Shown: positions 9,565 through 21,264, numbered from the stretch's first letter. The stretch: 64,000 nt of DNA from an uncultured Methylomirabilota bacterium (GCA_963845565.1 CAWJSJ010000002.1:1984001-2048000), one strand, 5' to 3'. Notes: generated from the letters alone by a model not told the origin. Made by a program: numbers and translations.

Positions 9565-10677
9565 TCACGCCGTGGCGCCTCCGCAGGAGCTGCCTGCCCC
9601 AGCGGTGCACCCGAAACAGTGGCGCCGCGTCCGGATCCGCCGGGCCTGAAGCGCATCGGGGTCGAAGTCGCGGATGTGGGGCCGTCGCCCGTCGCCCGTC
9701 GCCACGGGGATGTCGAGCATCTGGTTAAAATCGCAATCGTGCAGCGTGCCGTCCCAGGACACCGACAGCGTGTTCCGGCACATCAGGCCCGCCACGGTCG
9801 CCGGATTGAAGAGGTTCGTCAGCCGCTCCATGTATTCCTGCAGGTTGCCGGTCTCGACCAGCCAGTCGAGAAATCGACTGATGGGCATGTTATTCAACGT
9901 GATCAACCGGTCGAAGGTGATACCGTGATTTAGGGCAAGGTCGACCTTCCACTCGCGCTCCAGGGCGGCCTGGGGCGCCGCGAGGAAGGCGCCGGCCGGG
10001 TTCGCCATCACGGTCAGTCGCCGCCGCGGGTCCCCGTGGCCGTAGCCCGCGGCATTCAATCGACGGAGCGCCTCGATGGATTTGTCGAACGTCCCATCGC
10101 CGCGCTGGCTGTCGGTGTTGCGCTTGCGACAGTGGGGCAGGGAACAGACCACCTCGACCCCCCGCTCGGCGAACCAGGCCGGCAGGTCCGCGAAGCGCGG
10201 GAGAAGCAGGATCGTCAGGTTGCAGCGGTCGATGACGTGCTTGCCGCGGGCGACGCACTGGTCGACCAGATATCGGAAGTGCGGGTTCAACTCGGGGGCG
10301 CCCCCCGTGATGTCCACCGTGTGGGCCGCGGTCTTGTCCAGGGCCGCGAGGCACAGGTCGATGGTCTCTCGATCCATGTTCTCGGCGACCCGATCCGGTC
10401 CCGCATCTACGTGACAGTGCCGGCAGGTCATGTTGCAGAGCCGGCCGACGTTGATCTGCAGGATCTCCAGCGGCGCGGGCCGCAGCTCGCGCCACCCACA
10501 AGCCGCCAGGGCGGCGTCGAAGTCCCCCCGCTCGAGCGGGAGGTCGTCCAATACGAGAAGCTGCGCCTCCGGTGGGGCCAGGGTCGACCCCCGGGCTCGG
10601 AGGCTCTTGGTGCGCTTCGGCCCACTCTCGGCGGACGCAAGCTCCTCCAGGATGGCCAGTTCTATGGGGGCACTCAC
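9565..10677 (-). CDS. arsS: ArsS-type (arsenosugar biosynthesis) radical SAM protein with Cys-rich C-terminus
   Basis: QINVGRLCNMTCRHCHVDAGP, DITGGAPELNP, GLMCRN, DCDFNQML, HCFGCTAGAGSSCGG. Confidence 0.85.
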   Translation of the reverse strand: MSAPIELAILEELASAESGPKRTKSLRARGSTLAPPEAQLLVLDDLPLERGDFDAALAACGWRELRPAPLEILQINVGRLCNMTCRHCHVDAGPDRVAENMDRETIDLCLAALDKTAAHTVDITGGAPELNPHFRYLVDQCVARGKHVIDRCNLTILLLPRFADLPAWFAERGVEVVCSLPHCRKRNTDSQRGDGTFDKSIEALRRLNAAGYGHGDPRRRLTVMANPAGAFLAAPQAALEREWKVDLALNHGITFDRLITLNNMPISRFLDWLVETGNLQEYMERLTNLFNPATVAGLMCRNTLSVSWDGTLHDCDFNQMLDIPVATGDGRRPHIRDFDPDALQARRIRTRRHCFGCTAGAGSSCGGATA

Positions 10678-11010
10678 TTACATGCCCGCCTTCTTAGCGT
10701 GCTCCAGCATCTGGACGCCGTGCACCAGGCTGGCACCCCCGCGGATCGCTGCCGCCACATGCACCGCCTCGGTCATCTGGTCCAGGTCGGCGCCCTTCTC
10801 GAGACACGTCTTCGAGTAGGCATCGATGCAATACGGGCACTGCACGGCGTGCGCCACCGCCAGGGCGATCAACGACTTCTCCCGCTCGCTGAGAGCCCCC
10901 TCCTGAAATACGGCGCCGTACCAGTCGAAGAATTTGGTCGCCAACTCCTTGCTGCCTTCGGCGATCGTCCCGAACTTGGCCAGATGATCCGAGTCATAGT
11001 AGTGGGGCAT
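10678..11010 (-). CDS. AhpD/CMD-family peroxidase-like protein of ArsS loci
   Basis: MPHYYDSDHLAKFG..., LSEREKSLIALAVAHAVQCPYCID, EAVHVAAAIRGGASLVHGVQM; stop abuts arsS start. Confidence 0.85.
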   Translation of the reverse strand: MPHYYDSDHLAKFGTIAEGSKELATKFFDWYGAVFQEGALSEREKSLIALAVAHAVQCPYCIDAYSKTCLEKGADLDQMTEAVHVAAAIRGGASLVHGVQMLEHAKKAGM

Positions 11011-11045
11011 GCGCGGTTCCCTCCCGGCGGGTGCTGATCGCCCTG

Positions 11046-11840
<795 letters not shown>

Positions 11841-11918
11841 GCATTCCCCCTCTTCGTTTCGCCCACGGGCGTGTTCCTTGGCGGGGAGTTCCGCCTAACT
11901 GCGGTTCGAAAAGATCTT

Positions 11919-12138
11919 CTAGTGTCTTGTCCCAGAGATTCGCCGCATGAGTCAGGGCCTCAGCGCCGCCCCGAGGACGCTGCGCCCGCGGGCGAGCCCG
12001 TCCCCGGCACGGAGGCCGCGGTTCCCTGGCGGCCGACCCGGGGTAAGGGCGAGCCGGCATCGACGAGGCGCCAAGGCGTCAGAGGGGCGGGGCTGAGGCC
12101 CGGCACATCGCCAACGAACTTCGGAGACAGGACACTAG
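11919..12138. mobile_element. 220-bp MITE, IS630-like ends
   Basis: CTAGTGTCTTGTC...GACAGGACACTAG with ~60-bp imperfect inverted arms; no transposase. Confidence 0.7.
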
Positions 12139-12200
12139 TCCTGGAATCATCTTAGCCAATCAAGCCTACTGACGATACAGGAAAGAACCCGATATGGCTG

Positions 12201-12229
12201 TTGACGGGTCTCACCCAACCTCCTATATT
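12201..12229 (+). promoter_or_regulatory. sigma70-like promoter of M23 gene
   Basis: TTGACG-17 nt-TATATT, 7 nt before ATG 12237. Confidence 0.5.
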
Positions 12230-12236
12230 GCCCTCG

Positions 12237-13106
12237 ATGAGCGCTGCTCGACCGCAGATCGAACGTGCGCTGCGTGGGGGCTGGGTTCCGCTTCTCCCTC
12301 GGGGCCGGCGACGCGGCGGCCTCCTGTTCGCCGTCCTTGTCGGCCTTGCCTGCATAGGATCCTCCTGCGCTGTGCCGACTCGTACGACGGCGCCGCAAAC
12401 GCCAACGGGCGTAACGCACATTGTCCAGCCGGGCCAGAACCTTTTCCGCATCGGCCAGGCGTACAATGTCACCGTGGCCCTCTTGATCGAAACCAACCGC
12501 CTTAACCCCTTAGCCCCGCTCAGGGTTGGGCAGCGCCTGTTCATTCCTGGGGCCACGTCGGTCAAGAAGGTGGAGGTTTTCCGACAGCTCAACAACAACG
12601 AGCGCGCTGCACTGGAGCGGTCGTTGCGAGAGGATTTGACGCTGCCGCCGCCAACAACCGTGCCGCCTCCATCGCCCCCGCGGGTCAAGACCGATGCTGA
12701 CTTCGTCTGGCCGATCCAGGGGCGGATCAACTCCCCGTTCGGACCCCGGAACGGCCGTCTGCACGCTGGGATCGATATCGGCTCGCCGCATTACCAGGAG
12801 GTGGTGGCCGCGGCCGACGCGGAGGTGATCTACGCCAACGACACCGGGGGACCGCTTGGCAAGGCCGTTGTCCTGCAGCACGGGCGCGGCATACGCACCG
12901 TCTATGCGCACCTTTCCATCATCATCGCTCGCGAACGGGACACGGTCCGGCAGGGACAGGCCATCGGCGGGGTTGGAGACACCGGCCGGGCGACGGGCCC
13001 TCATCTGCATTTCGAGATCCGGCAGAACGGGGTCCCGCTGAACCCGGAGAGCTACCTGCCGGCGACGATCGACGAGTTGATGCGGGATCTTTCGATTTCC
13101 AAGTAG
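12237..13106 (+). CDS. LysM + M23 peptidase (NlpD-like), probable lipoprotein; start uncertain
   Basis: LysM HIVQPGQNLFRIG; M23 HAGIDI, YAHL, ATGPHLHFEIR. Confidence 0.88.
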   Translation: MSAARPQIERALRGGWVPLLPRGRRRGGLLFAVLVGLACIGSSCAVPTRTTAPQTPTGVTHIVQPGQNLFRIGQAYNVTVALLIETNRLNPLAPLRVGQRLFIPGATSVKKVEVFRQLNNNERAALERSLREDLTLPPPTTVPPPSPPRVKTDADFVWPIQGRINSPFGPRNGRLHAGIDIGSPHYQEVVAAADAEVIYANDTGGPLGKAVVLQHGRGIRTVYAHLSIIIARERDTVRQGQAIGGVGDTGRATGPHLHFEIRQNGVPLNPESYLPATIDELMRDLSISK

Positions 13107-13232
13107 GCCGCAGGAAATGCAAAACCGACAACCGACATCCGTTAATGTAAAACCGAAAACTGACAATGAAAAACCGGTCATTGTTCGGTTGTCAGTTGTC
13201 GGTTTTCAATTCTTCATTGGATTGGGCCGACA

Positions 13233-14565
13233 GTGCGATCCATTCGATCGATAATCCACCTCGACATGGACGCCTTCTACGCATCCGTCGAGCAACTCGA
13301 CCATCCAGCCTATCGGGGAAAGCCTGTGGTCGTCGGCGCCGACCCCAGGAGCGGATCGGGACGGGGGGTGGTGGCCGCCTGCTCGTACGAGGCGCGGAAG
13401 TTCGGGATCCGATCCGCCATGCCCATCAGCCGGGCTTATCGGCTGTGTCCGACGGCCGTCTTCGTACGACCGCGGGGCGCGCGGTATGCCGAGATGTCCG
13501 AGCGGATCTTCGCCATCCTGCGGGAATACACGGACCTGATGGAGCCGCTCTCCATCGACGAGGCGTTTCTGGACGTGACGGCCAGCCAGCGGCTTTTCGG
13601 ACCCGCGGCGGAGATCGGCCGGATGATGAAGGCCAGGATTCGGTCCGAGCTCGGCCTGGTGGCCTCGATCGGTCTGGCGCCGAACAAGTTTCTGGCCAAG
13701 GTCGGATCCGACCTGGGGAAGCCGGACGGATTCGTGATGGTGGCGCTCGGCCAGGAGCGGGCGTTCCTGGATCCGCTGCCGATCTCCCGGCTGTGGGGCG
13801 TCGGACCGAAGACGGAGGCGCGGCTGCACCAGATGGGTTTCCAGACCATCGGGCAGATCGCTCGGACGCCGCTCACCACGCTCGAAGACACGCTGGGCCA
13901 GGGCGGCCGAGACCTGTGGGAACTGGCCAACGGGCTGGACGATCGGCCCGTGGAGCCGGAACAGGAGGCGAAGTCCATCGGTGCCGAGCACACATTCGCG
14001 GAAGACACCGCGGACCGGGAGCAGATCCGGCGAACGATCCTGGAGTTGGCCGACCGCGTGGGAGGGCGCCTCCGGCGCGACGAGGTGCTGGCCGGCGGCG
14101 TGACGCTGAAGTTTCGCGATCATCGATTCCACACCGTGACCAGGGCGGCCTCGCTGGACCAGCCGACGGACGTTGGCGACACCCTGTTCCGGGAGGCATG
14201 GGCACTCCTGGACAAGGTGGAGTGGCAGGGGAACCAGGTGCGCCTGGTGGGCGTCACGGCAACGCGCCTCCGACCCGCCGCCGCCCCTCCGGAAGGGCAA
14301 CTGCCGCTGTTTCCCGGGGAGGCCCGACCCCCGGCGGAACCTGGCGCACACCGTGGACAAGATCCGTGAGCGTTTCGGAGGCGAGGCCATTACGCGCGCT
14401 TCGCTGCTGGCGGGGGATCGGGAAGCGCGAGCCGTGAGCCACGAGCCACGAGCCACGAGCGGAGAGCCGGGGAAGGAGAGCCGAGAGTTGAAACGGAAGC
14501 GCGAGCCAAGAGCTGAGAGCCGAGAGCCGCGAGCGGAGAGCCGAGGAACGAGAGCCAAGAGCTGA
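13233..14565 (+). CDS. dinB: DNA polymerase IV; C-terminal tail frameshifted near 14323
   Basis: IHLDMDAFYASVE, SYEARKFG, SIDEAFLD, NKFLAK; tail VDKIRERFGGEAITRASLL lies in another frame. Confidence 0.92.
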
Positions 14566-14580
14566 GACCGGAGAGCCAAG
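14425..14580 (+). repeat. Degenerate heptamer tandem tract (GAGAGCC/CGAGCCA)
   Basis: gagccgtgagccacgagccacgagccacgag...gagagccgagagccgcgagcggagagcc. Confidence 0.8.
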
Positions 14581-14780
14581 CGGGGTGAATCACGAAGTAA
14601 TCTACCTGGGCTGCGGAACGGCTTCGCCAGGCAAAAAGGCTTGCCGGGCCCGGGCAATCCTGGTACTTTGACAGCCGGTTTTTCCTGGACTTGGGAGCCT
14701 CCGGGGTGCGGCGGATGTGTCATGGGAGTCGCCGTGCGCAGGGAGGGCGCATCTTGGCATTCCAGCGGAAGGGGGCGGTC

Positions 14781-16019
14781 GTGAACCGACGAACAGTGCT
14801 CAAGGGCATGGGGGCGGCCGGCGCCATCGGAGCGCTCGGGTTTCCGGCGATCGTTCGGGCGCAGGTAAAAGAGATCAAGGTCGGCTCGGTCCAGCCGATG
14901 ACCGGCTTGCTGGCCGTGGTGGGCAAGACCACCCGCCAGGGGAACCAGTTGGCGGTGGATCACGTCAACGCCGAGGGCGGCATCAAGTCCATGGGTGGCG
15001 CCAAGCTGGTCCTGGTCCCCGGCGATCACCAGTACAAGCCCGAGGTGGCTCGCGCCGAGACCGAGCGACTCATGCGGGAGGGCTGCCACGTTCTGGTCGG
15101 CGCGTTCGACAGCGGAAGCATCAACGCCATGATTCAGGTGATCAAGCAGTCCAGCAAGCCGATTCCTTTCGTGATTGACATCGGCTCGGCCGATCAGCTC
15201 ACCCAGCAGGGGGTGAAGTACGTGTTCCGCAGCTTCACGACCAACTCGACGATGGGGCGCCGGGGCATCGAGTACCTGATGCAGCTCTTCAAGGACAGCG
15301 GGGACCCCTGCAAGCGTGCCGTGATGTTCCAGGTGAGCGACCTGTTCGGCCAGGTGGGGCGCGAGCGGACGATGGAGTGGCACAAGAAGCTGAACGCCCC
15401 CTTCGAGGTGGCCGAGATCATCACCTATCCGGCGGGCACCCAGGACCTGTCCACGGAAGTGGCCAAGGCCAAGGCGCTGAAGCCGGACATGATCCTGGCC
15501 ATCACGCGGCCGAACGACGCCATCCTGCTGGTCCAGGAGCTGTACAAGCAGCGCGTGGACATCAAGGCGCTGGTGGGCCCGGGGAACCCGGGCTTTTACC
15601 AGCCGACGTTCGTGAAGGCCCTGGGCAAGCTGGCCGAGCACACCATGGCCAACGCCCCCTGGTGGAATCCCAAGTCCCCGCTGGGGCAGAAGGTCGCGGC
15701 GGACTACGAGAAGCGGTTCGGAGATCCGTTCACGACCGAGTCCGCCTGGTCGTACCAGGGCGTGCGGGTGATCGCCGACGTCCTGGAGCGGGCGGGCACC
15801 GTGGATCCTGACAAGTTCGTCGAGGCGGCCCGCAAGACCAACATCAAGGATCATGTCGTGTCGGGCGGCCCTATCCAGTTCGACGAGCACGGGGACAACG
15901 TGGGCGCCTCGTCGTCCATGGTACAGATTCGCGACGGGCGGCCGAAGGTCATCTTCCCCAAGGAGTCAGCGGAGGTGCAGCCGGTGTACCCGATCCCCAA
16001 GCTGTGGGAGCGCGGCTGA
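14781..16019 (+). CDS. Branched-chain amino-acid-type ABC transporter substrate-binding protein (Tat signal)
   Basis: NRRTVLKG twin-arginine signal; IKVGSVQPMTG; LivK-type fold. Confidence 0.88.
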   Translation: MNRRTVLKGMGAAGAIGALGFPAIVRAQVKEIKVGSVQPMTGLLAVVGKTTRQGNQLAVDHVNAEGGIKSMGGAKLVLVPGDHQYKPEVARAETERLMREGCHVLVGAFDSGSINAMIQVIKQSSKPIPFVIDIGSADQLTQQGVKYVFRSFTTNSTMGRRGIEYLMQLFKDSGDPCKRAVMFQVSDLFGQVGRERTMEWHKKLNAPFEVAEIITYPAGTQDLSTEVAKAKALKPDMILAITRPNDAILLVQELYKQRVDIKALVGPGNPGFYQPTFVKALGKLAEHTMANAPWWNPKSPLGQKVAADYEKRFGDPFTTESAWSYQGVRVIADVLERAGTVDPDKFVEAARKTNIKDHVVSGGPIQFDEHGDNVGASSSMVQIRDGRPKVIFPKESAEVQPVYPIPKLWERG

Positions 16020-16144
16020 CGGGCGTCAGGGACAGCAGACTAGGGGTATCGGCGAAGCAGCGTCAGAGGATCAGAGGACGGAGATCAGGGCATGGCGAGT
16101 TCGCCGACCGGCGACCTCCGACCTCTGATTTCTGGGTCCCGACG

Positions 16145-17008
16145 ATGGCACTTTACGCTCAGGCTTTCATCAACGGCATCTTGACCGGCGGCGTCTACAG
16201 CCTGATGGCCGTGGGCCTCTCGCTGATCTTCGGGGTCATGCGGGTGATCAACTTCGCCCACGGCGACATGATGGTCTGGGGGATGTACCTCAGCTTCTGG
16301 CTGTTCACGACGCTGGGTCTGGACCCGTACCTCTCGATCCCTCTCACCGGCGCAGTCGTCTTCCTGCTGGGGGCGGCGATCCAGCGGGGGCTGGTGAATC
16401 GCATCCTCGCCGCGCCCCACGAGATGCAAATCCTCCTGATGATGGGCGTGGCACTGGTCCTGGAGAACCTGGCCCTGATGGTCTGGGGTCCCGATCCTCG
16501 CCGGGTCAACGTCTCGTACGGCCTCAGCACGTTCTGGATGGGCCCGATCGTGGTGGACCTGCCTCGCCTGGTGACGTTCGCCCTGGCCCTGGCCCTGGCG
16601 CTCGTCCTGTACCTGTTCCTCCGGCGGACCGATCTGGGTCGGATGATCCGGGCGGCCTCGGATAATCAGACGGGCGCCCTCCTGGTGGGGACGGACATCA
16701 CCAAAGTGTTCACCCTGGCCTTTGGAGTCGGCGCGGCCTGTGTCGGTGCGGCCGGCAGCCTGATGACGCCGCTCCTGCCGTTCACCCCCAGCTCCGGCCT
16801 CTTATTCACGGTCACCTCGTTCAACATCGTCATCATCGGCGGAATGGGGAATCTGCTGGGGGCGTTCGTCGGCGGCCTACTGGTGGGCGTGAGCGAGTCG
16901 CTGGGTGCGGTCCTCCTGGTGCCGTCGCTGAAGGAGATCGTGGGCTTCGTCCTGCTGGTGGTCATCCTGCTCTTCCGGCCGCAGGGTCTGCTCGGGGGCC
17001 GACGATGA
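16145..17008 (+). CDS. livH: Branched-chain amino-acid ABC transporter permease
   Basis: GLSLIFGVMRVINFAHG; RTDLGRMIRA; FRPQGLLG. Confidence 0.88.
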   Translation: MALYAQAFINGILTGGVYSLMAVGLSLIFGVMRVINFAHGDMMVWGMYLSFWLFTTLGLDPYLSIPLTGAVVFLLGAAIQRGLVNRILAAPHEMQILLMMGVALVLENLALMVWGPDPRRVNVSYGLSTFWMGPIVVDLPRLVTFALALALALVLYLFLRRTDLGRMIRAASDNQTGALLVGTDITKVFTLAFGVGAACVGAAGSLMTPLLPFTPSSGLLFTVTSFNIVIIGGMGNLLGAFVGGLLVGVSESLGAVLLVPSLKEIVGFVLLVVILLFRPQGLLGGRR

Positions 17009-17967
17009 GCAGACGACTCGGAGTGGGGCTGGGTGTCGGTGCGCTGCTGGTCTGGCTGCCGTTCACGGTCTCGTCGGTCTGGCAGAACCTGCTGATCACC
17101 ACGTTCTACTTCGCGTACCTGGGCCAGGCCTGGAACATCCTGGGCGGCTACGCCGGCCAGCTCTCACTGGGACACGCCGCCTTCTTCGCCATCGGGGCCT
17201 ACACCTCGGTGGTGCTGCACACTCATTTCGGAATCTCGCCGTGGCTGGGCATGTTCGCGGGGGCGCTGCTGGCAGCGGCGGTCAGCCAGGGGATCGGCTA
17301 CCTCGGTTTCCGGTTCGGCTTGCGGGGATTCTACTTCATCCTGCTGACGCTGGCGGCGGCCGAGATCCTGCGGCTGATCGCTCTGCACCTGCCTCTCCTC
17401 GGCGGCTACACGGGCCTGTTCATCAACTTCACGCCGAACCCCTGGCAGTTCCAGTTCAAGGGGAAGATCTGGTACTACTTCATTGCCCTGGGGTTTCTCG
17501 CGGTGGCGTCCGCCGTCGTCTGGCTGATCGAGCGGTCGAAGTTCGGCGCCTACCTGGTGGCGATCCGCGAGGACGAGGACGCGGCCGAGGCCCTGGGGGT
17601 GGACACCTTCCGGTACAAGATGCTGGCCTATGCCGTCAGCGCGGCGCTCACGGCGCTGGGTGGGACGTTCTACGCCTACTACCAGTTCTATCTGCAGCCG
17701 AACACGGTGCTCAGCATGCACCACTCGGTGGACATCATGATCCGCCCCATCGTGGGCGGAAGCGGCACGATCCTGGGGCCGATCCTGGGATCGTTTCTGC
17801 TGGAACTGCTGGGCGAGTTCTCGCGGAGCTATTTCGCCGAGGGCGCGGCCGGGCTGTCCGTCGTGATCTACGGGGTTCTCTTGATCGTGGTGGTCCTGTT
17901 CCTGCCGCGCGGCGTGTACCCGACGCTGCTCGGGTGGCTTCGCCGGGCCACGGGGAGGCGCGCGTGA
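17005..17967 (+). CDS. livM: Branched-chain amino-acid ABC transporter permease
   Basis: WNILGGYAGQLSLGHAAFFAIGAY; AIREDEDAAEALG. Confidence 0.88.
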   Translation: MSRRLGVGLGVGALLVWLPFTVSSVWQNLLITTFYFAYLGQAWNILGGYAGQLSLGHAAFFAIGAYTSVVLHTHFGISPWLGMFAGALLAAAVSQGIGYLGFRFGLRGFYFILLTLAAAEILRLIALHLPLLGGYTGLFINFTPNPWQFQFKGKIWYYFIALGFLAVASAVVWLIERSKFGAYLVAIREDEDAAEALGVDTFRYKMLAYAVSAALTALGGTFYAYYQFYLQPNTVLSMHHSVDIMIRPIVGGSGTILGPILGSFLLELLGEFSRSYFAEGAAGLSVVIYGVLLIVVVLFLPRGVYPTLLGWLRRATGRRA

Positions 17968-18695
17968 GCCTCCTGGCGGTCGAGGGCGTCAGCAAGTCAT
18001 TCGGCGGTCTGGCGGCGGTGCAGCGTGTGACCTTCACGCTGGCCGAGGGCGAGCTGCTGGCCCTCATCGGGCCAAACGGCGCCGGCAAGACGACGCTCTT
18101 CCACGTCATCTCGGGGTTCATGGCGCCGGACGAGGGGACGATCCGCTATGCGGGGGAGTCGCTCGTGGGCCTCCGACCCCACGACATCTGCCAGCGGGGC
18201 ATGGTGCGGACGTTCCAGATCACGCGGCCCTTCAACCGGCTCACCGTCCTGGAGAACGTTCTGGTCGGCGCGCTGGAGCGGGTGGCCCACCGGCGTCAGG
18301 CGGTCACGATCGCCGAGGAGGTCCTGGCGCTGACGGGCCTGGCGGAGAAGGCCGGCCAGTTGGGCCATAGCCTCACGCTGCCGGATCGGAAACGCCTGGA
18401 ACTGGCCCGGGCCTTGGCCACGGGACCAAAGGTGCTGCTCCTGGACGAGGTCATGGCCGGCCTCAACCCGACCGAGACCACCCGGCTCATCGAGCTCATT
18501 CGAACCATTCACGGACGGGGCGTGACCATCCTGCTCATCGAACACGTGATGCGCGCGGTGATGGCCCTCTCGCAGCGCATCCTGGTCCTGAATTACGGCG
18601 AGCTGATCGCCGAGGGCACACCCCAGACCGTGGTCCGGAATCCGAAGGTGATCGAGGCCTATCTGGGCGAAGGATACTCCAGTCTCGACTCGTGA
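17964..18695 (+). CDS. livG: ABC transporter ATP-binding protein
   Basis: GPNGAGKTT, RTFQ, LLLDEVMAGL, VIEAYLG. Confidence 0.9.
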   Translation: MSLLAVEGVSKSFGGLAAVQRVTFTLAEGELLALIGPNGAGKTTLFHVISGFMAPDEGTIRYAGESLVGLRPHDICQRGMVRTFQITRPFNRLTVLENVLVGALERVAHRRQAVTIAEEVLALTGLAEKAGQLGHSLTLPDRKRLELARALATGPKVLLLDEVMAGLNPTETTRLIELIRTIHGRGVTILLIEHVMRAVMALSQRILVLNYGELIAEGTPQTVVRNPKVIEAYLGEGYSSLDS

Positions 18696-18705
18696 TGGGT
18701 TTGCG

Positions 18706-19410
18706 ATGCTGACGCTCCGCAACGTGCAGACGTATTATGGAGACCTCCAGGCGCTCTACGGCGTCAGCCTGAGCGTCAAGGAGGGAGAGATCGTCTCCGT
18801 CATCGGGAACAACGGCGCCGGGAAAACGACGACGCTCATGACGATCTCGGGCGTGCTCCGGCCCCGCAAGGGCGAGATTCACTTCGACGGCCGCGGGATC
18901 GCCGGGCTGAAACCGGCCCAGATCGTGGACGCGGGCCTGGGCCACGTTCCGGAAGGGCGGCAGCTCTTCCCGACCATGACGGTGGAAGAGAATCTGCTCA
19001 TGGGGGCGTGCTCCCGCCGGGCCAAGGGCCGGCGGGCCGAGACGATGGGCCGCGTCTATGACCTCTTCCCGCGGCTGCGCGAGCGTTGCCGGCAACTGGC
19101 CGGGACGCTGTCGGGGGGCGAGCAGCAGATGGTTGCCATCGGCCGGGGGCTGATGGGTCTGCCCCGGCTCCTCATGCTGGACGAGCCGTCGCTGGGGCTG
19201 TCCCCGGTGATGGTCACCGCCATGTTCGAGGCGATCCGCGAGATCAACCGCGGCGGGACGACCATCTTGCTGGTCGAGCAGAATGTGTTTCGGGCGTTGA
19301 AGCTCTCCCATCGCGGCTACATCCTGGAGGACGGGCGGATCGTGGGCGAGGGGCCAAGCGAGGAGCTCCTCCGCAACCCCCAGGTCCGGACGACATACCT
19401 GGGCCTCTGA
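18706..19410 (+). CDS. livF: ABC transporter ATP-binding protein
   Basis: GNNGAGKTT, VPEGRQLF, LSGGEQQM, LDEPSLGL. Confidence 0.9.
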   Translation: MLTLRNVQTYYGDLQALYGVSLSVKEGEIVSVIGNNGAGKTTTLMTISGVLRPRKGEIHFDGRGIAGLKPAQIVDAGLGHVPEGRQLFPTMTVEENLLMGACSRRAKGRRAETMGRVYDLFPRLRERCRQLAGTLSGGEQQMVAIGRGLMGLPRLLMLDEPSLGLSPVMVTAMFEAIREINRGGTTILLVEQNVFRALKLSHRGYILEDGRIVGEGPSEELLRNPQVRTTYLGL

Positions 19411-19529
19411 CGCTAATGACCAATGACGCAATGACCAATGGCAAACGACGACTGGCTGTCATAAAATGGTCGGTAGGCAATCCCTCTGAAAGCTGATTGC
19501 TGAACGCTGACCGCTGAAAGCAGATTCTT

Positions 19530-20696
19530 ATGTCGTTAAAGCTTCCCATCTACATGGACCATCACGCGACGACCCCGGTGGCGCCGGAGGTGTTCGAGGC
19601 GATGCGCCCATATTTCCTCGAGCATTTCGGCAATGCCGCCTCGAGGAATCACGCCTTTGGGTGGGCCGCCGAGGGGGCGGTGGAGACCGCGCGGGCCGAG
19701 GTCGCCCGCCTGATCGGGTGCAAGCCCATCGAAGTCGTGTTCACTTCCGGGGCCACCGAGTCGGACAACCTCGCCCTGAAGGGGGTGGCTGAGGCGTATC
19801 GGGACAAGGGGCGCCATCTGATCACGTCCCAGGTCGAGCATCCCGCGGTCCTGGACGCCTGCAAGCGGCTGGAGAAGGATGGATACCAGGTGACCTACCT
19901 GCCGGTGGACCGCCACGGGATGGTGGATCCGGCCGCGGTCGCCAGGGCGATCACGCCCAAGACGGTCCTGGTGTCCATCATGCTCGCCAACAACGAGGTC
20001 GGGACGATCCAGCCCCTCGCCGAGATCGGTCGGGTCTGCAAGGAGCGGGGGGTGCTCCTCCACAGCGATGCCGTCCAGGGGGTGGGGAAGATCCCGGTCG
20101 CGGTGGATGCGTTGGGGGTGGACCTGCTTTCCCTGACCGCCCACAAGCTGTATGGGCCGAAAGGGGTCGGGGCCCTCTACGTCCGGATGGGGCAGCCGCG
20201 GGTACGCCTGGTCCCCCAGATGGACGGCGGCGGCCACGAGAAGGGGCGGCGCAGCGGCACGCTGAACGTCCCGGGCATCGTCGGGCTGGGGAAGGCGTGC
20301 GTGCTGGCCGGGCGGGTGATGGCCGACGAGGCGGTGCGGCTCTCCGCCTTGCGGGAACGGTTGCGGGCCGCGCTGTTCCTGCGCCTGGACCACATCCACC
20401 TGAACGGCCATCCAACGGAGCGGCTGCCGGGTAACCTCAACGTGAGTTTCGATTTCGTGGAGGGCGAGGCGCTGCTCATGTCCCTGAAGGAGGTGGCGGT
20501 CTCGTCCGGGTCGGCGTGCACCACCGCCTCGCTGCAGGCCAGCCACGTGCTGCGGGCCATGGGTCTGGGGGACGAGCTGGCCCACGCCAGCGTCCGCTTC
20601 GGCCTGGGCCGCGGCAATACCGAGGAAGAAGTCGATTATGTCTCCGATCGGATCGTGGAGGAAGTGGCGCGCCTCCGGGCGATGAGAGCGGCGTAA
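19530..20696 (+). CDS. iscS: Cysteine desulfurase (group I)
   Basis: [35 protein letters not shown]. Confidence 0.9.
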   Translation: MSLKLPIYMDHHATTPVAPEVFEAMRPYFLEHFGNAASRNHAFGWAAEGAVETARAEVARLIGCKPIEVVFTSGATESDNLALKGVAEAYRDKGRHLITSQVEHPAVLDACKRLEKDGYQVTYLPVDRHGMVDPAAVARAITPKTVLVSIMLANNEVGTIQPLAEIGRVCKERGVLLHSDAVQGVGKIPVAVDALGVDLLSLTAHKLYGPKGVGALYVRMGQPRVRLVPQMDGGGHEKGRRSGTLNVPGIVGLGKACVLAGRVMADEAVRLSALRERLRAALFLRLDHIHLNGHPTERLPGNLNVSFDFVEGEALLMSLKEVAVSSGSACTTASLQASHVLRAMGLGDELAHASVRFGLGRGNTEEEVDYVSDRIVEEVARLRAMRAA

Positions 20697-20767
20697 AGGG
20701 CGGTCGGACATCCTGTGCGTCTTGTACTTCTTGTAGTGAAGCGTTCCGGCTGAAAGGAGGCCTTCCC

Positions 20768-21103
20768 GTGTTCCAGTATCGCCATCACATCTTCGTCTGC
20801 ATCAACCAGCGGCCCGCCGGCCACCCCAAGGGGGACTGCGCCTCGAAGCAGTCCCGCGAGGTCTTCAAGAAGTTCCAGGAGGAGACGGAGAAGCGTCAAC
20901 TCTGGGAGACGGTGGCCGTGAGCGGCAGCACCTGCCTGGGTCCGTGCGCCATGGGGGCGAACGTGGTCGTGTACCCCGAGGGGGTCTGGTACGGCCAGGT
21001 CGGCGTGAAGGACGTCGAGGAGATCGTCGAGCAGCACGTGGTTGGTGGGAAGCCGGTGGAGCGACTGCTGCTCTCGACACTCATGGCGAAGGCGGGCGGA
21101 TAG
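20768..21103 (+). CDS. Thioredoxin-like (2Fe-2S) ferredoxin
   Basis: HIFVCINQR...DC...CLGPC...VVVYPEGVWYG; AAGGAGG RBS. Confidence 0.88.
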   Translation: MFQYRHHIFVCINQRPAGHPKGDCASKQSREVFKKFQEETEKRQLWETVAVSGSTCLGPCAMGANVVVYPEGVWYGQVGVKDVEEIVEQHVVGGKPVERLLLSTLMAKAGG

Positions 21104-21180
21104 GCGTCCGCCGGAAGCGAACAGCCGCTTCTCGAAGCGCTTGCAGGGGCGGAGCGGAGCGGTTAGAATGCGACCCGCAC

Positions 21181-21254
21181 TGGGGGATCGTCCAACGGCA
21201 GGACTCCAGACTTTGGATCTGGCTATCTAGGTTCGAATCCTAGTCCCCCAGCCA
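21181..21254 (+). tRNA. tRNA-Gln (UUG)
   Basis: TGGGGGA/TCCCCCA acceptor stem, CCAGA-CTTTGGA-TCTGG anticodon arm, GGTTCGAATCC T-loop, encoded CCA; TTGCAG..TAGAAT upstream. Confidence 0.96.
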
Positions 21255-21264
21255 CACCCTCCTT

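Noticed and set aside
9565..9620. Selenocysteine in the ArsS C-terminal SSCGG motif
   Set aside because: The codon is TGC (Cys) and the ORF ends normally a few codons later
21181..21254. tRNA-Gln as the integration site of the accessory region
   Set aside because: No duplicate of the tRNA 3' end was found by eye, and an ordinary ggt gene separates it from the integron
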